Shown here: positions 11,665 through 24,925 of the stretch, piece after piece
Numbering within the stretch: the stretch's first letter is position 1
Layout of the letters: each line of letters begins with the position of its first letter
NCBI RefSeq assembly: GCF_004010195.1
Contig: NC_057718.1
Span: 51,654,373 to 51,718,372, forward strand
DNA from: Chiloscyllium plagiosum
Taxonomy: Eukaryota
Length of the DNA: 64,000 nucleotides
Direction of reading: 5' to 3'
Made by a program: the position numbers and the translations under genes
The notes under the pieces: generated by a model
What the model was told of the DNA's origin: nothing
Databases searched by the model: none
The model's input: only the letters and a program-made list of their open reading frames with translations

Positions 11665-12120
11665 GGACATCACTTGCTAGCTGTGGGGTAAACCACAATA
11701 GTGTAAGGAAGGAAATTTCAGGATTTTGAACCAGAGACATGAAAGAATGATGATCTCTTTAAAAGTCAACATGGTAAATGGCTTGGAGGGGGAACTTGCA
11801 GGTGGTGGTGTACTGCCCTTGTCCTTCTAGATGGAAGTAGTCATGGGTTTGGAAGGTGCTGCCTAAGGATCATGGTGAATCTTTGTAGTGCATCTTGTAG
11901 ATAGTACACACTGCTGCTACCTGCATTGGTGGTGCAGATAATGGATGTTTATGGATGTTTGCTAATCAAATGGGCTGCTATATCCTGAATGCTGTCAAGC
12001 TTCTTGAATGTTGTTGGAGCTGCATTCATCCAGGCAAGTGGGGAGTATTCCATCACACCCCTGACTTATGATTTGAAGATGGTGGACACACTTTGGGCAA
12101 TTAAGTGATGTGTTATTCTT
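11665..12120 (-). mobile_element. Degenerate 3' part of a CR1/L2-group LINE
   Basis: Shares ggggaacttgcaggtggtggtg...ttgtcc with 63270-63620 and, in reverse, with 35370-35650. Confidence 0.6.
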
Positions 12121-12403
12121 GGTCCTTAACGAAAGTAATAAGGTCAGGTCTGCACTCAGGCAAATAAACTGTACTAAGCAATAGACTATAGCTATATAAA
12201 AGTAAAGGTATTGTTAACCTTACATTCCACATTGCCCCTGGGTTCACACATCCCACATGCTGTTATCTACATGTTACAGTTTTCACCTAACTCCTGTTTG
12301 CCCCACCACTACATTGCACTCACACTTCATCAAGTCTTTTTCATCTGAAACATCAACTTCAAAGGTCACCTCAGCTCTCTTGGAGGTGGTAAAGAATCTA
12401 TTG

Positions 12404-12745
12404 GAAGCAGGACAGTGGCTCAGTGGTTAGCACTGTCGCTTCACAGCACCAAGGACCCAGGTTCAATTCCACCCTCAGACCACTGTCTGTGTGGAGTTTG
12501 CACATTCTCCCTGTGGCTGTGTGGGTTTCCTCCGGGTGCTCCAATTTCCTCCCACAATCCAAAGATGTCCGGTTTAGGTGGACTGGCCCTGCTAAATTGC
12601 CAATAGTGTGTAGGAATGCAAAGGGTGAATTAGCCATCAGAAATGCAGGAGTGTGAGTCTGGGTTCTGGGACACTATTTTGAGGATCTATGTGGAGCCAG
12701 GCCACATGGCCTGCTTCCACCTTGTCATGATTCTATGATTCTAAT
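12404..12745 (+). mobile_element. HE1-type V-SINE (older copy)
   Basis: tggctcagtggttagcactg, ggttcaattcc, V-domain and attctatg tail. Confidence 0.88.
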
Positions 12746-13034
12746 GCAACTTTAATATATTAATGAATACATTGATGGAGTGGTATGGAAACATCTCATG
12801 ACATCTGGTTCCTAGGTTTTGGCAATAGAGCAGATTGAAGCATAAGAACAGTGAGGATCAATCAAGGAAAAACTGATTGATTAGAGAAACCTACACCACT
12901 CAAAATGTCATAACCTCTAGAAGAGAAGGAAGGCAAACTAAACTTGCCTCTATCACATTTGTCTGTGGTACACTCTGAGCTAGGGACATGCCTAACAGGC
13001 AAAAAGAACAACAGGGCAAGTTGAAAACAATTGT

Positions 13035-13352
13035 GGGCGGCACGGTGGCACAGTGGTTAGCACTGCTGCCTCACAGCGCCAGAGACCCGGGTTCAATTCC
13101 CGCCTCAGGCGACTGACTGTGTGGAGTTTGCACGTTCTCCCCGTGTCTGCGTGGGTTTCCTCCGGGTGCTCCGGTTTCCTCCCACAGTCCAAAGATGTGC
13201 AGGGCCAGGTGAATTGGCCATACTAAATTGCCCGTAGTGTTAGGTAAGGGGTAAATGTAGGGGTATGGGTGGGTTTCGCTTCGGCGGGTCGGTGTGGACT
13301 TGTTGGGCCGAAGGGCCTGTTTCCATACTGTAATCTAATCTAAATCTAAATC
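13035..13352 (+). mobile_element. HE1-type V-SINE (young, full length)
   Basis: gggcggcacggtggcacagtggttagcactgctgcctcacagcgccagagacccgggttcaattccc; CpGs retained; aatct tail. Confidence 0.95.
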
Positions 13353-14649
13353 AATTCTGAAGTCAGAAGAATGAGGACTTTGATTATACTCCTCGAGTAG
13401 AATAGACAACACCATCTTCATAGTTCCATTAGAGAGTAGGAGTTTGTCATCATTAACAAGAAAATAAACTGATGGAGCAATATCTGAAAGAGGTCCCTGG
13501 CTAGCACATGTGAACTGTAAACGGGACAAAAACTGGACAACAGCAAGATGTTCAGAATACATCATAGGCTTCCTTGTCCAAGTCTCAGTTAAACGTTTGA
13601 ATTAGCTTGATGTTAAGGGATTACCTTCTGCAATTTTTAAAATCCATTTTGAATTCCATCTTCAAACGATCATCATCATTCTCTATCATAAACAAAGATT
13701 TACTTTCTATAAAAGATATATGAAAACTTAAATGATGATTTCTGTGCTCTTTTGCAGGGTTTCTTTTTTCAAATGTAAGTTCCTCAATCACTCATTCTTA
13801 CAGATAATCTTCCTCAGCTAATAATTGACAGTGTTTCAAGCTTTGAATATGTCAGTAAAAATAATCTTTTCTTCCCAACAAAGTCTCACTTTCTTCTGAC
13901 AATTGCTCAAGAAGAATGACAGACTCTGCAAAAGACTTGAGAAAAAAGAAGCATTTCTTTCACAGTCTCGGAATCTTGACAGTGTTGTGTAACGAATGAC
14001 AGTTGAGTTTTTAGTTCAGTACTTTTGTTCAGGTAATTAAATTGCTGAAACTCTGGCAAGCTTTCTCTGTTCCTTAGTCTTATTTTTTTTAAAGATAATC
14101 TCCACTCTGATGCTCCATCGTTTAGGTCTCTGTTTGTTTACTTAAAGAACAATTGAATATTTATATTGCAATTACAGACTGCAGCTCCCATTTATGCAGA
14201 TTTTTAATGTCTGAACACTGAATACTGGCTTGCTCCAATTTATACTTGGGTGTCTCCATTTCATTTGGCAGCTTTTTGTTAGCTGATTGCAATTGCTGAA
14301 CAATTACCTCAGAATTTGAAGTTTTTCTCTGAGTGTATGTATCAATTGCAGGTTAATGTTCTTCATACATTGTTGTATAAACGTATCATAGACTGTTGAT
14401 TCTGGGATTAGAGGTGAGGTAGTATTTATCCACCTGAAGCTTCAAAGACATAAACCTTATCTCTTGCATGACTGATGATCTTTTACTATCCCCATTGATT
14501 AACTGCAAGACTGCTTAGATTTTATGGTCATCTTGCTGTCTGTAGAAAAACATGAAGCTTCATTTGCAATTGAACTGCAGCAAAACCTCTTCTTCAGCTG
14601 CTGGCCCTTTTAAGTGTAGGGCATTTATCATTTGTCCCTGGTCTTTGCA

Positions 14650-15900
14650 CTTGATCCTGCAACATTGGCAGGTCCTTTACCTTCAGCCAGGCTGCCTGCA
14701 AATTTGACGAGACACCATTTATCCCAAGCAGACGTTAATGTGCCACTGTCATCAGGATGCCTAATCCTAACTACTTCCCTTTAGTGGTCTGATCTCCATT
14801 ACAGTGTGCAATTCCTATATCTCATTGTGGCTGATGTTGCTATTATTGCCTATCATTGGAAGAGTCAGTGGAACAAGCAGACACCAGAGATTGCCTAAAT
14901 ACAGTCAGTTTATCTCCATTAAATCAACAACATGAATACAGGTTTATATTTTGCCTTTTGAAAGAATAGACTAAGGTCTAAAATGTCCTCTTGTGGCCTG
15001 TTGCCTCTAGCTTTACTGTTTTATATTGTGCAATTTGCTGCTTCTCTACTGAGAGAAATGAAAGATCAGCCTTATCTTGTGGGCAGACGAGGTTAGAGTT
15101 ACTGTAATGGAGACTGAGTGGAGATTGATGGAGCACTGAACCAACTTCAATGTCTTCTGTATCTGCAAACAAAGACAATTCAAAACCACGCATTTCTGCT
15201 TAGTAAAGAAGGGTAATGATTAGGAAGAACTTGCTTCCATTATAGTGGAAATGGAGTCTGCATTTGTCCTCTCATTCAGATCTTAATAGGTGCTGTGGCC
15301 CAATGTTGAACAGAGAATGGCCAAGAATTCTTGGGCTCAACCATGCTGTTGTATCTGTAAGAATGGGTACATCTTCATCACTGGCCAAGTTAAATTAGTT
15401 TGCTTGCCATTTAGCATGATCACTGTGTATCCAACTTCACCTTGGACATTCTGTGTAATCAGGAGGGCTGAACGCCTGCAATAGGCCAATTATATTCCCA
15501 AGAATAAATGGTTTTACTCTTCAGCATCCTCTAATACCTGGACACTTACAGATGGTTGTGGTGTGTTCTTAAACTTTGAGTGGCACTCTTTTGCACTTGA
15601 GACCTCCTGTAATACTGGCTGAATGGAGATGCCCCCCTTAATGACATTGAGCATATTCTCCACCTCTTTGCATTTTTCTTGCAGGAAGACTTTAATTGTT
15701 CCTTTTCCTTCTTATGAAGCCCTCTGATCTACAGTGAGGTTCTGCTGACTGTTGTCATTAGATTTTATTTTCTGTACAACCATGCTCCCTGCTGTGACAT
15801 TCAGCATTGTGCATGTACGCTGCTGTGTAATCTGATGCCGATGTGGAACTTGAATTCTTTTTGTTGAAACATAACACTACTGCTGGGCATCTCTTCAGAG
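14650..15900 (-). mobile_element. Possible highly decayed Ty3/gypsy integrase region
   Basis: Weak motifs only: FHYNGSKFFLII (cf. DLFH.NG..YL.V.DY), WPVM (cf. V.WPGM) and EVVRIR. Confidence 0.3.
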
Positions 15901-16489
15901 TTTTCCCCTTCTTCTGTGTCAGATTAGGGAGTTGGCCCTGTCTATTATCTTTTGTACTGCTGCTGGGCTTTAGTTACTCTTGTCACTTGCCTCTAGTTCT
16001 ACAGGTCTGAACACCTGTAAGATTAGGTCTGCACTCAAGTGAGTGTGCATGAACAAACTTTATTAAACATTACTATATACATGGAAACATGGAATGGTAA
16101 TAGAGGACATCACTACAACCATGTGAATGTGTTTCACTATGACATAACTCATTATACACATACTCAGTATCTGTTCCTGGAAGAAAGGTAAGTTAACTCT
16201 TTATTCCAAAAAGAAAGAAATTTCTCTTTCACATGCAGCCTGTTATGCAGTGGCACTGGTAAAGGATTGGATGCAGTTCTGCAGTCTGCTTTATCAGATG
16301 TAACGAGTTCATATTTCAGTCAAACCAAACAGCAGAAAGGAAACAAGCAAAGATAACTCTTCCCCAAAGCACACAAGGTAAGGTAATCTGAAACAGGGAT
16401 AGCTCAGTGCTACGGATTGGTGGCATGTGTTTTGGTCTTTAAACACCCAAATTGTAGTTCTCAGTTATGATAATGGACAGGAGTTATAC

Positions 16490-16590
16490 TGGGACAAAAA
16501 CAGAAATTGCCAGAGAAATGTAGCAGGTCGAGCAGTATTTGTGGAGAGAGAGCAAGTTCACATTTCGGGTCCAATGACTCTCGCTCAAAC
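16490..16590 (-). mobile_element. Old PLE-tail fragment
   Basis: aaaacagaaattgccagagaaatgtagcaggtcgagcagtatttgtggagagagag...catttcgggtcc, same family as 7232-7440. Confidence 0.55.
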
Positions 16591-18499
16591 AGTGAGCCCT
16601 CTGTCTGAGCCACTTATTCTCTGCCTCCACTTCAGCTCTCCTCTTTAGTCATATGTGTTTTTGTCCCCTTTTTCAAGGTTCCCCAAACAATTGAAGAAAG
16701 GGCCTAGGAAAATGATAACACCTATTGTTGACTTCTGGTTACAAATATCATCTAGTAAATGCAACAAGAATCATAAACATCAAGAGCAGCCATTATATAA
16801 TGTGGTGCTGGTTTGTTTGCAACTGATGGATGATCTGATTGCAACCATTAAACATACCATTGTGCTTTATCAGTATCACACAATATTACTAATTTGACAG
16901 GAAATATACCATTACCTTACAAAACTGTGCAGACAATAACATTAATTTGGTGACTGCCTCCATGACATGTTTTGCATGTTGCACTATATTTACACAGTAA
17001 CAGTAAATGCATATTTGGGTGCATGATTTAATACCAGTACCTGCAAGCAATACTCTCTCTAATACATTTTCACAATGTCTGTGCACACCATTCCCTTCTG
17101 AAACCAGAAGTCAATGCATTGTCTCGCCGATGGCTATGCTTGGAACCTTGGACTGCAGTGTGGCTAAGGGGGAATGTTGCTTGCACCAAGGTAAACTTTT
17201 GAAATTTATCGTCTGAACTCAAGTTCCCCACTGATGAAATCATTTTTGCAAATCTTTTCTAGACCCTCTCTAATGCCTTCACAATCATCCTATAATACAA
17301 CGTCCAATAAAATCGGCAATAGCGAGTTAATACGTTGTTTTGCATCACTCCCAGTTTTTTTGTCTCTTACATTGTTTGATGAGACCTAGGTTTCTTAAGA
17401 CTTTGGTACATCAACACAGAAGGGTATCAGGAATGTGCCTCTTTTTTGGCATGATCAAAATTTAGGCAGCTATTTATATTTTAAATTTGGAAGAGAATTT
17501 TGAAAAGTGTAATAACAATTAATGTTATGGTATTAAACTTCAAAAGTCTTTTGCTTCACAACATCTCAATGGCTCTAAAACACATCCAAGGGAAGTCACC
17601 ATGTTTTGACCAGATGTTCAACCCAGATCAATTTCCTTGCAATTTCTGTCAGCCTACCAAAACAAGCTGCTGCTATTAGCTGTCAGGCAGATTTGTGGTT
17701 TTGTTTTTTAAAATGGATCAAAATCACTAAACTGCTTGGGTTTAGCAACTGCACAACAACTATAGGTGACGCCGATATGAAATATGGACTTTCAAAGTTC
17801 TGACCTCTTTAACAAGCCAGTCTTTCAACTCTGAAAGTCAGCTCAAGGCCAAGACCTCGAGTGATGACAATGAGTCAGTCCTTACGCTCAACACCACACC
17901 CTGTATACATATCACTCCTTCCTAGACCATGGAGTTAAGGGCTGACTAGGCATGACTTTCAACTGTACAGAGTTCAGCAACTGCCTCAGAAAAGAATTAA
18001 TGAGGGCCTATGAATGTTATTTGGCTGGAACAAACGTACAAATAAAAACTGTGGAAAATAGTGAGGTTTTAGTTCCAGCAATGACTTAAATTTACTTTGT
18101 TCCACTAAGATAATAGAATGTCTCAAGGCACTTTATAGTTGCATTGTGAAAGAAAGTATAAAATTGCATAACTAGATTACCCAATATGCAACCACTGACC
18201 TGCCATAAGCCTCGACCCAGTCTGTGGAACTGGTTTTCAAAATACAGGAGTGAAGGAATCTGCAAGGAGTCACTCCTTCAACATGGGCCATTTCTGGTTC
18301 TCTACAGCCTTTCAGAAATTGGTGAACAGAACATTTTATAAATAGAAGAGTAGTGAATGTGAATATCTGTAGCACAGCAACAGTCATTCTATTGCGGGTT
18401 TGGGATGACAAGGATCTGTCCTCCAGCTCGGGCAAATGGGAGGGCGACCAGACTCTGCCCACTTGTGTAGTGTGGGCCCCCTAAAGCACAGTAGTTAGG

Positions 18500-18930
18500 T
18501 TGACCGAGGAGGACGTCTGAGACTGGGGGAATGGTGAATGAGTGAGAGAAGCAGAATAGAAGTGTGTGTATCTAAGTGGGAGTGACACAGACACAGGGAG
18601 ACAGTATGAGAGAGGAAGGGTGGGAGAGAGTGAGGAAGCATGGGAAGTAGCAAGGAAAGGAGGGAGAGGATGACAATGGGAGGGAGGAAGTGAGGTAATG
18701 AGGAAGGATTGAAGGAGAAGAGACTGAGAGGGGAAAGAGGGAGTAAGAAAGAAAGAGAGTGAGATAATGAGTGTGATGGAGAAAGGGAGAGTATGTAAGG
18801 GAAGGAGTGTGGGTAAATGTGTAAGTGAGAGGGTGAGAAAGGGTGAGGAAATGAAATGTGAGAATAAGGTGGAGAAACAGAGAATGAGTGAATGAGAGTG
18901 AAAGTGATGGAAAGAGAGAAACAGAATCCT
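18500..18930. repeat. Purine-rich (GA/GGA) low-complexity tract
   Basis: About 430 bp, strongly G/A-biased on the + strand. Confidence 0.9.
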
Positions 18931-19359
18931 GGGAATGGCAATTAGCCAGACCCAAGTTTAATTTTATGCCAAACCTTAACTTTCCAAAATTTGCTCCTTG
19001 GCCACAAAAATAGTTGAATTATAGCGGGTCATTGTAAAAGATTGCTGTAAAAGCTCTAAATAAAGGTTTAATATATAAGAAAATGCACCAGATGCACTCA
19101 TCTGAAGTTACATCTTGAAGTGACTACAGTATGACGTTGCCCCACAACCAGTGAATAGATATTGAACATCCGATAACTGGAAATTCATTGACAAAGCCCT
19201 TCTCAATATTCTGGTCATAGAGATACTACTAGTGGTTTGAAGGTTAGTACATTGCCCTTATGTTTGGAATTAATGAGCTCTGAATTTCCTGGAGAGGCTT
19301 GAGGAACTTCAAACTAGAATGTGGTGGAATATTTGTGTGCATGCTGATGATTTCTCTTA

Positions 19360-19581
19360 CAGGTCGTTCTGCTAGAACACACGTTTCATAAGTGTGAATT
19401 GGCTATAAAGCAATTTATGGACTTTGTTTGGGTAACACAAACTTTCTATTGAATGGGTATAGTGATTTTCTATTAGCGATCTTCTACAGTATGATTTCCA
19501 CAGCCTGATTTCTATAGCATGATTTTCTATAGTGCTGAGTTGCAGAGGAACACAACTGTCATGTTATACCAGAACAAACTG
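19360..19581. mobile_element. 222-bp Tc1/mariner-type (Tigger-like) MITE
   Basis: TA|CAGGTCGTTCTGCTAGAACA ... TGTTATACCAGAACAAACTG|TA: imperfect TIRs with TA duplication. Confidence 0.75.
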
Positions 19582-20179
19582 TACTTTATTGAAGTCCCAG
19601 AATGTGAGCAATTCTAGTATGCTGAATAGGTCCTGCACAATTTTCAACCACAGTTTCTACCTGAAGTAAGAAATCCTTTTTTTTTAAATGAAGGTAATTA
19701 CTATTCCCCCAGAAGTAAGGACGAGGAGAAAAAATGCAATTTGCCAGTGTTCACACTTCTACAGATATCTCAGCAACCTCCATTGTAAGAGTTGTGATTG
19801 CACATTTGAGTAGAAACCAGAGTGGTCTTAATAGTAATGCAAGCTACAGCCAAATAACTAGGTGACACTTGGTTTGAAGTTTTCTTCATAATTGCAGCAC
19901 AAGTGGGATAGTATACCAGAGATAACTGCAGGAAAATAAACTAGTCAGAATAAGCACTGCCTCCACACGTCCCTCTATTTTCCTTCTGACTTTCTGGTCA
20001 CCTGTTCCTCAGGGACTATTGGAATTCTCATCCTACCTCCTTGCTCTTCAGCTAGTCCATTGCTATCTAGTAGTACCATAGATGGAGGTGTGAGTAATTC
20101 GAAAGACAAGGTTTGCCTTTGGAAGAGGAAAGGTTGATCTCTTCAAACCTCAAAACCTTACTTTCATTTGGCACTATCT

Positions 20180-20595
20180 CTGTATGTACCTAACAATAGA
20201 ACAGGCCTGCTGTGTTTAAACCTTCCATCCCCAACTTTGACTTGACTTGAGAAAAGGTTTCAATATATCAGTGGGAACAGTTAGGCTAGAAGGAGGTGAA
20301 CTATTTCTGCTGGTTGTCGAGGACCGGGGCAAAATCTAGAAGTTAGAACCAAGCCTTTCAGAAATGAAGTTATGAAACACTTGCAATCAAAAAGATGGTG
20401 AAATTCTCATCCACAAACAATTAGATGCTGGATCACTCACAAATATTAAATTTACGACTGGGTTTTTTTAATATATAAAAGATATTAAGGATTATGAGGC
20501 AAAGGTGATAGCATAGAGATAGATTGCAAATCAGTCACAATTTCAAAGAATGGAGAGATAACCTCAAATGTTTGCATGGCTTCTCCTTGTTCCTA
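20180..20595 (+). mobile_element. Degenerate CR1 LINE 3' end
   Basis: Decayed CR1 3' pattern: ctatttc...gcctttcagaaatgaagtt...gatattaaggattatg...atggcttctccttgttcct. Confidence 0.5.
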
Positions 20596-20939
20596 CAGTC
20601 CCTTGAGCAGAGTTCCTGGGGTGTTTCACTGGGAGCTCCACTCTGGCACAACTGGAAATTCTTGATTGGCAGTGATGGTCCTGAAGCCTTACTGTACATG
20701 AAAATAGAAACTCTAGATTTAACTTTGATTTGGAATAGTGTCGGGCAAGCCATAGTGGGAGGTATTCATCATTCCCAAACATAATCCACATAGCCTCATC
20801 AATCCCCTGCCTAACATGAGAGGAAAACAGTAGTTATAGCAATGAATTAGCAGTTGGCAGCAGGCCATTGTCATGAATAAAAAACGATTCCAACATTTAT
20901 GTCAATTTTGGGAGGAGTGTTCTGGTAAGGCTTATTGAT

Positions 20940-21570
20940 CATTAAGACCATAAGAAATAGGAGTGGAAGTAAGGCCATTCAGCCCATCGAGTCCACTCCA
21001 CCATTCAATCATGGCTGATAGGGCATTTCAACACCACTTACCCGCACTCTCCCAGTGTCCCTTAATTCCTTGCGAGATTAAGAACTTATCAATCTGTGCC
21101 TTGAAGACATTTAATGTCCCGGTTTCCACTGTGCTCCAAAGCAGTGAATTCCACAGGCCCACCAGTCTCTGGCTGAAGAAACGTCTCCTCATTTCCATTT
21201 TAAATTGACCACCTCTAATTCTAAGGCTGTACCCACAAGTTCTAGTATCCCCACCTGACTGAAACAATTTCTCAGCATCCACTCTTTCTAAGCCACGCAT
21301 CATCTTGTAAGTTTGTATTAGATCTCCCCTCAACCTTCTGAACTCAAACAAATACAATCCCAGGATCCTCAGCCGTTCATCGTATGTTAGACCTACCATT
21401 CCAGGGACCATCCCTGTGAATCTCCGCTGGAAACACTCCTGTGCCAGTATGTCTTTCCTGAGGTGAGGGCCCCAAAACTGGACACTGTATTCCAGCCTAG
21501 CCAGAGCTTTATAAAGTCTCAGGAGCACATCACCGCTTTTACATTCCAACCCTTTTGAAATAAATTCCAT
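20940..21570 (-). mobile_element. CR1 LINE 3' end
   Basis: ORF 21028-21570 reads LLRLYKALA...LEYSVQFW...RRLRGDLIQTYK...FFSQRLVGLWNSL. Confidence 0.92.
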
Positions 21571-23669
21571 TAAGTAATAGAGCTGTCAAGATCTGCACTT
21601 CCCTTGAGACACAGAGAAAGATTCCTCCTTTACTCACAAGGAAATCAGAAAGGAACTATATTTTCCCTTCTCTGGCCTTAATTCGTCTTCGCACAAGGAA
21701 TTCATGTTGTAAAGCCTCAATCATCTTCCCACGAGGACAGGTTATCTTAAAACTTTAATAATTTGCCCCTGCAGAAATCCACTTGAAATATTAGTTGTGT
21801 TTTGTTGGTGCCATAGGAACTGATCTCCACATTTAGAGAAGAAACTCATTAATGTTTGGTAAGTGCTTTTGAATTCACTGATATTAAGGAAAATTAAAAG
21901 CCTGCCAGGAATCTCTAGGAGTAAGTACCCTGGATGATTTTAACTGCCTACCTGTCTGGCCTCTACTAAATAGCAGAGTTAAAATTATCCTGATAATTGT
22001 TTTGATGTGTTAAAAGTAAAATAAAGAGGTATATTTTACTTTACAAGAATTATGGCATAGTTAATAACATAAATGCATTTCCCTTATTATATTCCCTTTC
22101 TTTCAGTTGGCTTGTCTGCTTCTTCCTGTGCCACAAACTATTACCTGACTGAGATTGCCTAACAGTCATGTGACTAGATTCCCAGATTTTCATTCAACGC
22201 TTTGAGATGTGTAACTGTGTCTCAAGCTGATTTTTTTTTTATCTTCCCTATAGACAACTACTAGATCTTAAATCAATACCTCTCCTAAAAACTGGAATGG
22301 AATTGAAAGCACGGTGTGTTGGAATTACAGATTTCTAAAAAAAATTATATGCGCTCGGCTGCACAACATGGTGTATTTCGGGTCTGCTATAACAGCAGCT
22401 GCTTTCACCATAATGATCTTCCTGATTCTGTGCTTGGGACTGAATTATGAATCAGATGGTGACAAACTAATCTAGAAAGAGTCGAACTGGATCAAGAGTC
22501 ATCCATCGCTACACCTAATAACGTAATATTGTTCTCAAAAACAAAAAAAAAAATCAATGGGGCAAAACATAAAACAACTATTCAGATAAATACATTTTTG
22601 CAAATTTTCTTGCTGTTTGAGCATGTACCTGTAGAGATGGGTAAGATATAAATAGCTACAACCTATCTATTCACTATTTTCTTCCAATTAAATAATAAGA
22701 CCAAATATGACAACCAGCAATACTGGCATAAAAGAAGATAAAGGAGACTATGTGAATCTGAAGGAGAATGAAAAGCTGCCCACTATAAACTTTCATTCCC
22801 TATCCATCAGCTGGATTGCTGTCTCTGATAATGACAAAAACTGGATCAGACTGCTTGCAAACCTGGTTTTATGTTTGACATCGAACTGAACTTCTAAACT
22901 AAATTAGCACCATCACCAAGACTGCTGTTATCCATCTCCATTAGCCAAGTTTGACTCTACTTCAGCTGGTATCTTTATCTTTTCCTTTCTTATCTTTAAA
23001 TTTGACTAATTCGACAAGCTGATGGCTGGCATTCCACAATAAACTTAAAGTCTTTCAAAACCTTGCTGTGTCCTCACTTGCAGCAAAGGTCTGCATGCAC
23101 CATTTCCATTCTGTCAGTGTCCAGCCTGCCTCTAATTGACCACTTTGCTCCTTAGCCATTTAACAACCAGGAGGCCATTAACTTCCAGAAAGGGACATGC
23201 AGTAATGAGATTGGACTTAAAAGTAATTTGGCAGGTCCTTAAAAGGAAGTTAAATAGCCAATGTTACCAGAATAATAGAGAAGGGGGGGCCCCAGGAGAG
23301 GGAATTACCTTGGATAGGGCTTTTCCAATTGGCCTATGGTGCCAACATTAAAGCACCTGCTCCCTTTGTTAGACTGTAATCTATCTGTTTTTCCCTTGTC
23401 GCCCAGTTGCAGCCCTGGGTAAAATCCATTGGCTAATTGAGGTCCTGTTGAGAATATCTAATTTATGGTTCATGTGAATATTTTACAAGTAATTTTGTAG
23501 CACAGGAAGAATCAAGTTTACTTCTTAAAAAAATCAAACCAAAAATAAAATTAAAGCAAGCTTCGAGTCTATTACACTTAATTGCAACCATTTCGTGTTG
23601 AGGGTTACAACTAGAAAGATAAGGCAACTAAATCCCGAGGCTCTACAGATTTCCAGCAGACATCAAGAA

Positions 23670-24272
23670 ATTCAAAGTTTGTGAGAAGAGTTGTAGCTCG
23701 GGTGCTCGTTGTTGTGGTTCTGTTCGCCGAGCTGGGAATTTGAGTTGCAGACGTTTCGGCCCCTGTCTAGGTGACATTCTCAGTGCTTGGGAGCCTCCTG
23801 TGAAGCACTTCTGTGATCTTTCCTCCGGCATTTGTAGTGGTTTGAATCTGTCGCTTCCGGTTGTCAGTTCCAGCTGTCCATTGCAGTGGCCGGTATATTG
23901 GGTCCAGATCGATCTGTTTATTGATTGAATCTGTGGATGAGTGCCATGCCTCTAGGAATTCCCTGGCTGTTCTCTGTTTGGCTTGTCCTATAATAGTAGT
24001 GTTGTTCCAGTCGAATTCATGTTGCTTGTCATCTGCGTGTGTGGCTACTAAGGATAGCTGGTCGTGCCGCACCATGATAGTTGGTGTTCATGGATGCGGA
24101 TCGTTAGCTGTCTTCCTGTTTGTCCTATGTAGTGTTTTGTGCAGTCCTTGCATGGGATTTTGTACACTACATTGGTTTTGCTCATGCTGGGTATTGGGTC
24201 CTTCGTTCTGGTGAGCTGTTGTCTGAGAGTGGCTGTTGGTTTGTGTGCTGTTATGATGTCTTGAGGACATCC
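23670..24272 (-). mobile_element. Penelope-like element 3' end with GIY-YIG endonuclease
   Basis: TKDPIPSMSKTNVVYKIPCKDCTKHYIGQTGRQLTIRIHEH, then a frameshift to RHDQLSLVATHADDKQHEFDW...AREFLEAWHS...INKQIDLDPIY. The 3' UTR carries a hammerhead motif. Confidence 0.92.
23747..23786 (-). ncRNA. Hammerhead ribozyme motif in the PLE tail (core mutated)
   Basis: GCA-CTGAGAA-TGTCACCTAGACAGGGGCC-GAAA-CG-TC-TGC: stem I GCA/TGC and GUC site present, but G8 reads A. Confidence 0.65.
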
Positions 24273-24539
24273 AGAGCAGGCTGCATCACTACATGAATGG
24301 ATGGATCTTAGAGAAGTTCCTTCATGATAGTTTGCACGTTGGTGATTTGCAATGCACCAAGAGGTTACTGTGTTTTGTAAGCAAAGTAAATACAAACAAA
24401 TTTCATTGCTGGCCATGTTGAATGTGGTCAAGGCTTAATATTTGCTTGAATTATGTGAGGGAATAGATGCTTGTTTTGAAACTAGCGGAAGAGTTTGGAT
24501 TGATTCTCCACAGAGTCTTGTGAAAAATGAAATCATAAA

Positions 24540-24925
24540 ACATAGAATGTAGTAATAAGAGGTGATATTCAGCCCCGCAAGTCTGCTCTGCCATTCTAGA
24601 TCACGGCAGATGGGTTTCAGTGCCATTTCCCTTCAACATACCCAAAGCCCTCGATAACGTTCATGGCTAGAAATCTATTGATCTCTGCCTTGAATATACT
24701 TAACAATGGAGCTTCCATAGCTCTTTAAGCAGGAACTTCCAAAAATCACTCCATCTGACTGAAAATGGGCAACTAAGAATAGGCAACAAATGCTGACCTA
24801 TTTAGTGACAATCACATACCATGAGTGAATTTGTAATAAAAGTTCCTCAACATCTCAGTCCAAAATGGCTTGCTTCTTATTCTGAGACTGTGTCTCCGGA
24901 CTGTAGCCCCCATCCAGAGGAAACC
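24540..24925 (-). mobile_element. Degenerate CR1 LINE 3' end with a small insert
   Basis: attcagccccgcaagtctgctctgccatt...aatctattgatctctgccttgaatatact...tcctcaacatctcagtccaaaatggc. Confidence 0.65.

Noticed and set aside
13035..13110. tRNA gene
   Set aside because: It is the tRNA-derived head of a V-SINE. The same applies at 7658, 12404 and 48998.
18495..18955. Ser/Leu/Pro/His-rich ORFs
   Set aside because: Low-complexity pyrimidine strand that lacks stop codons.
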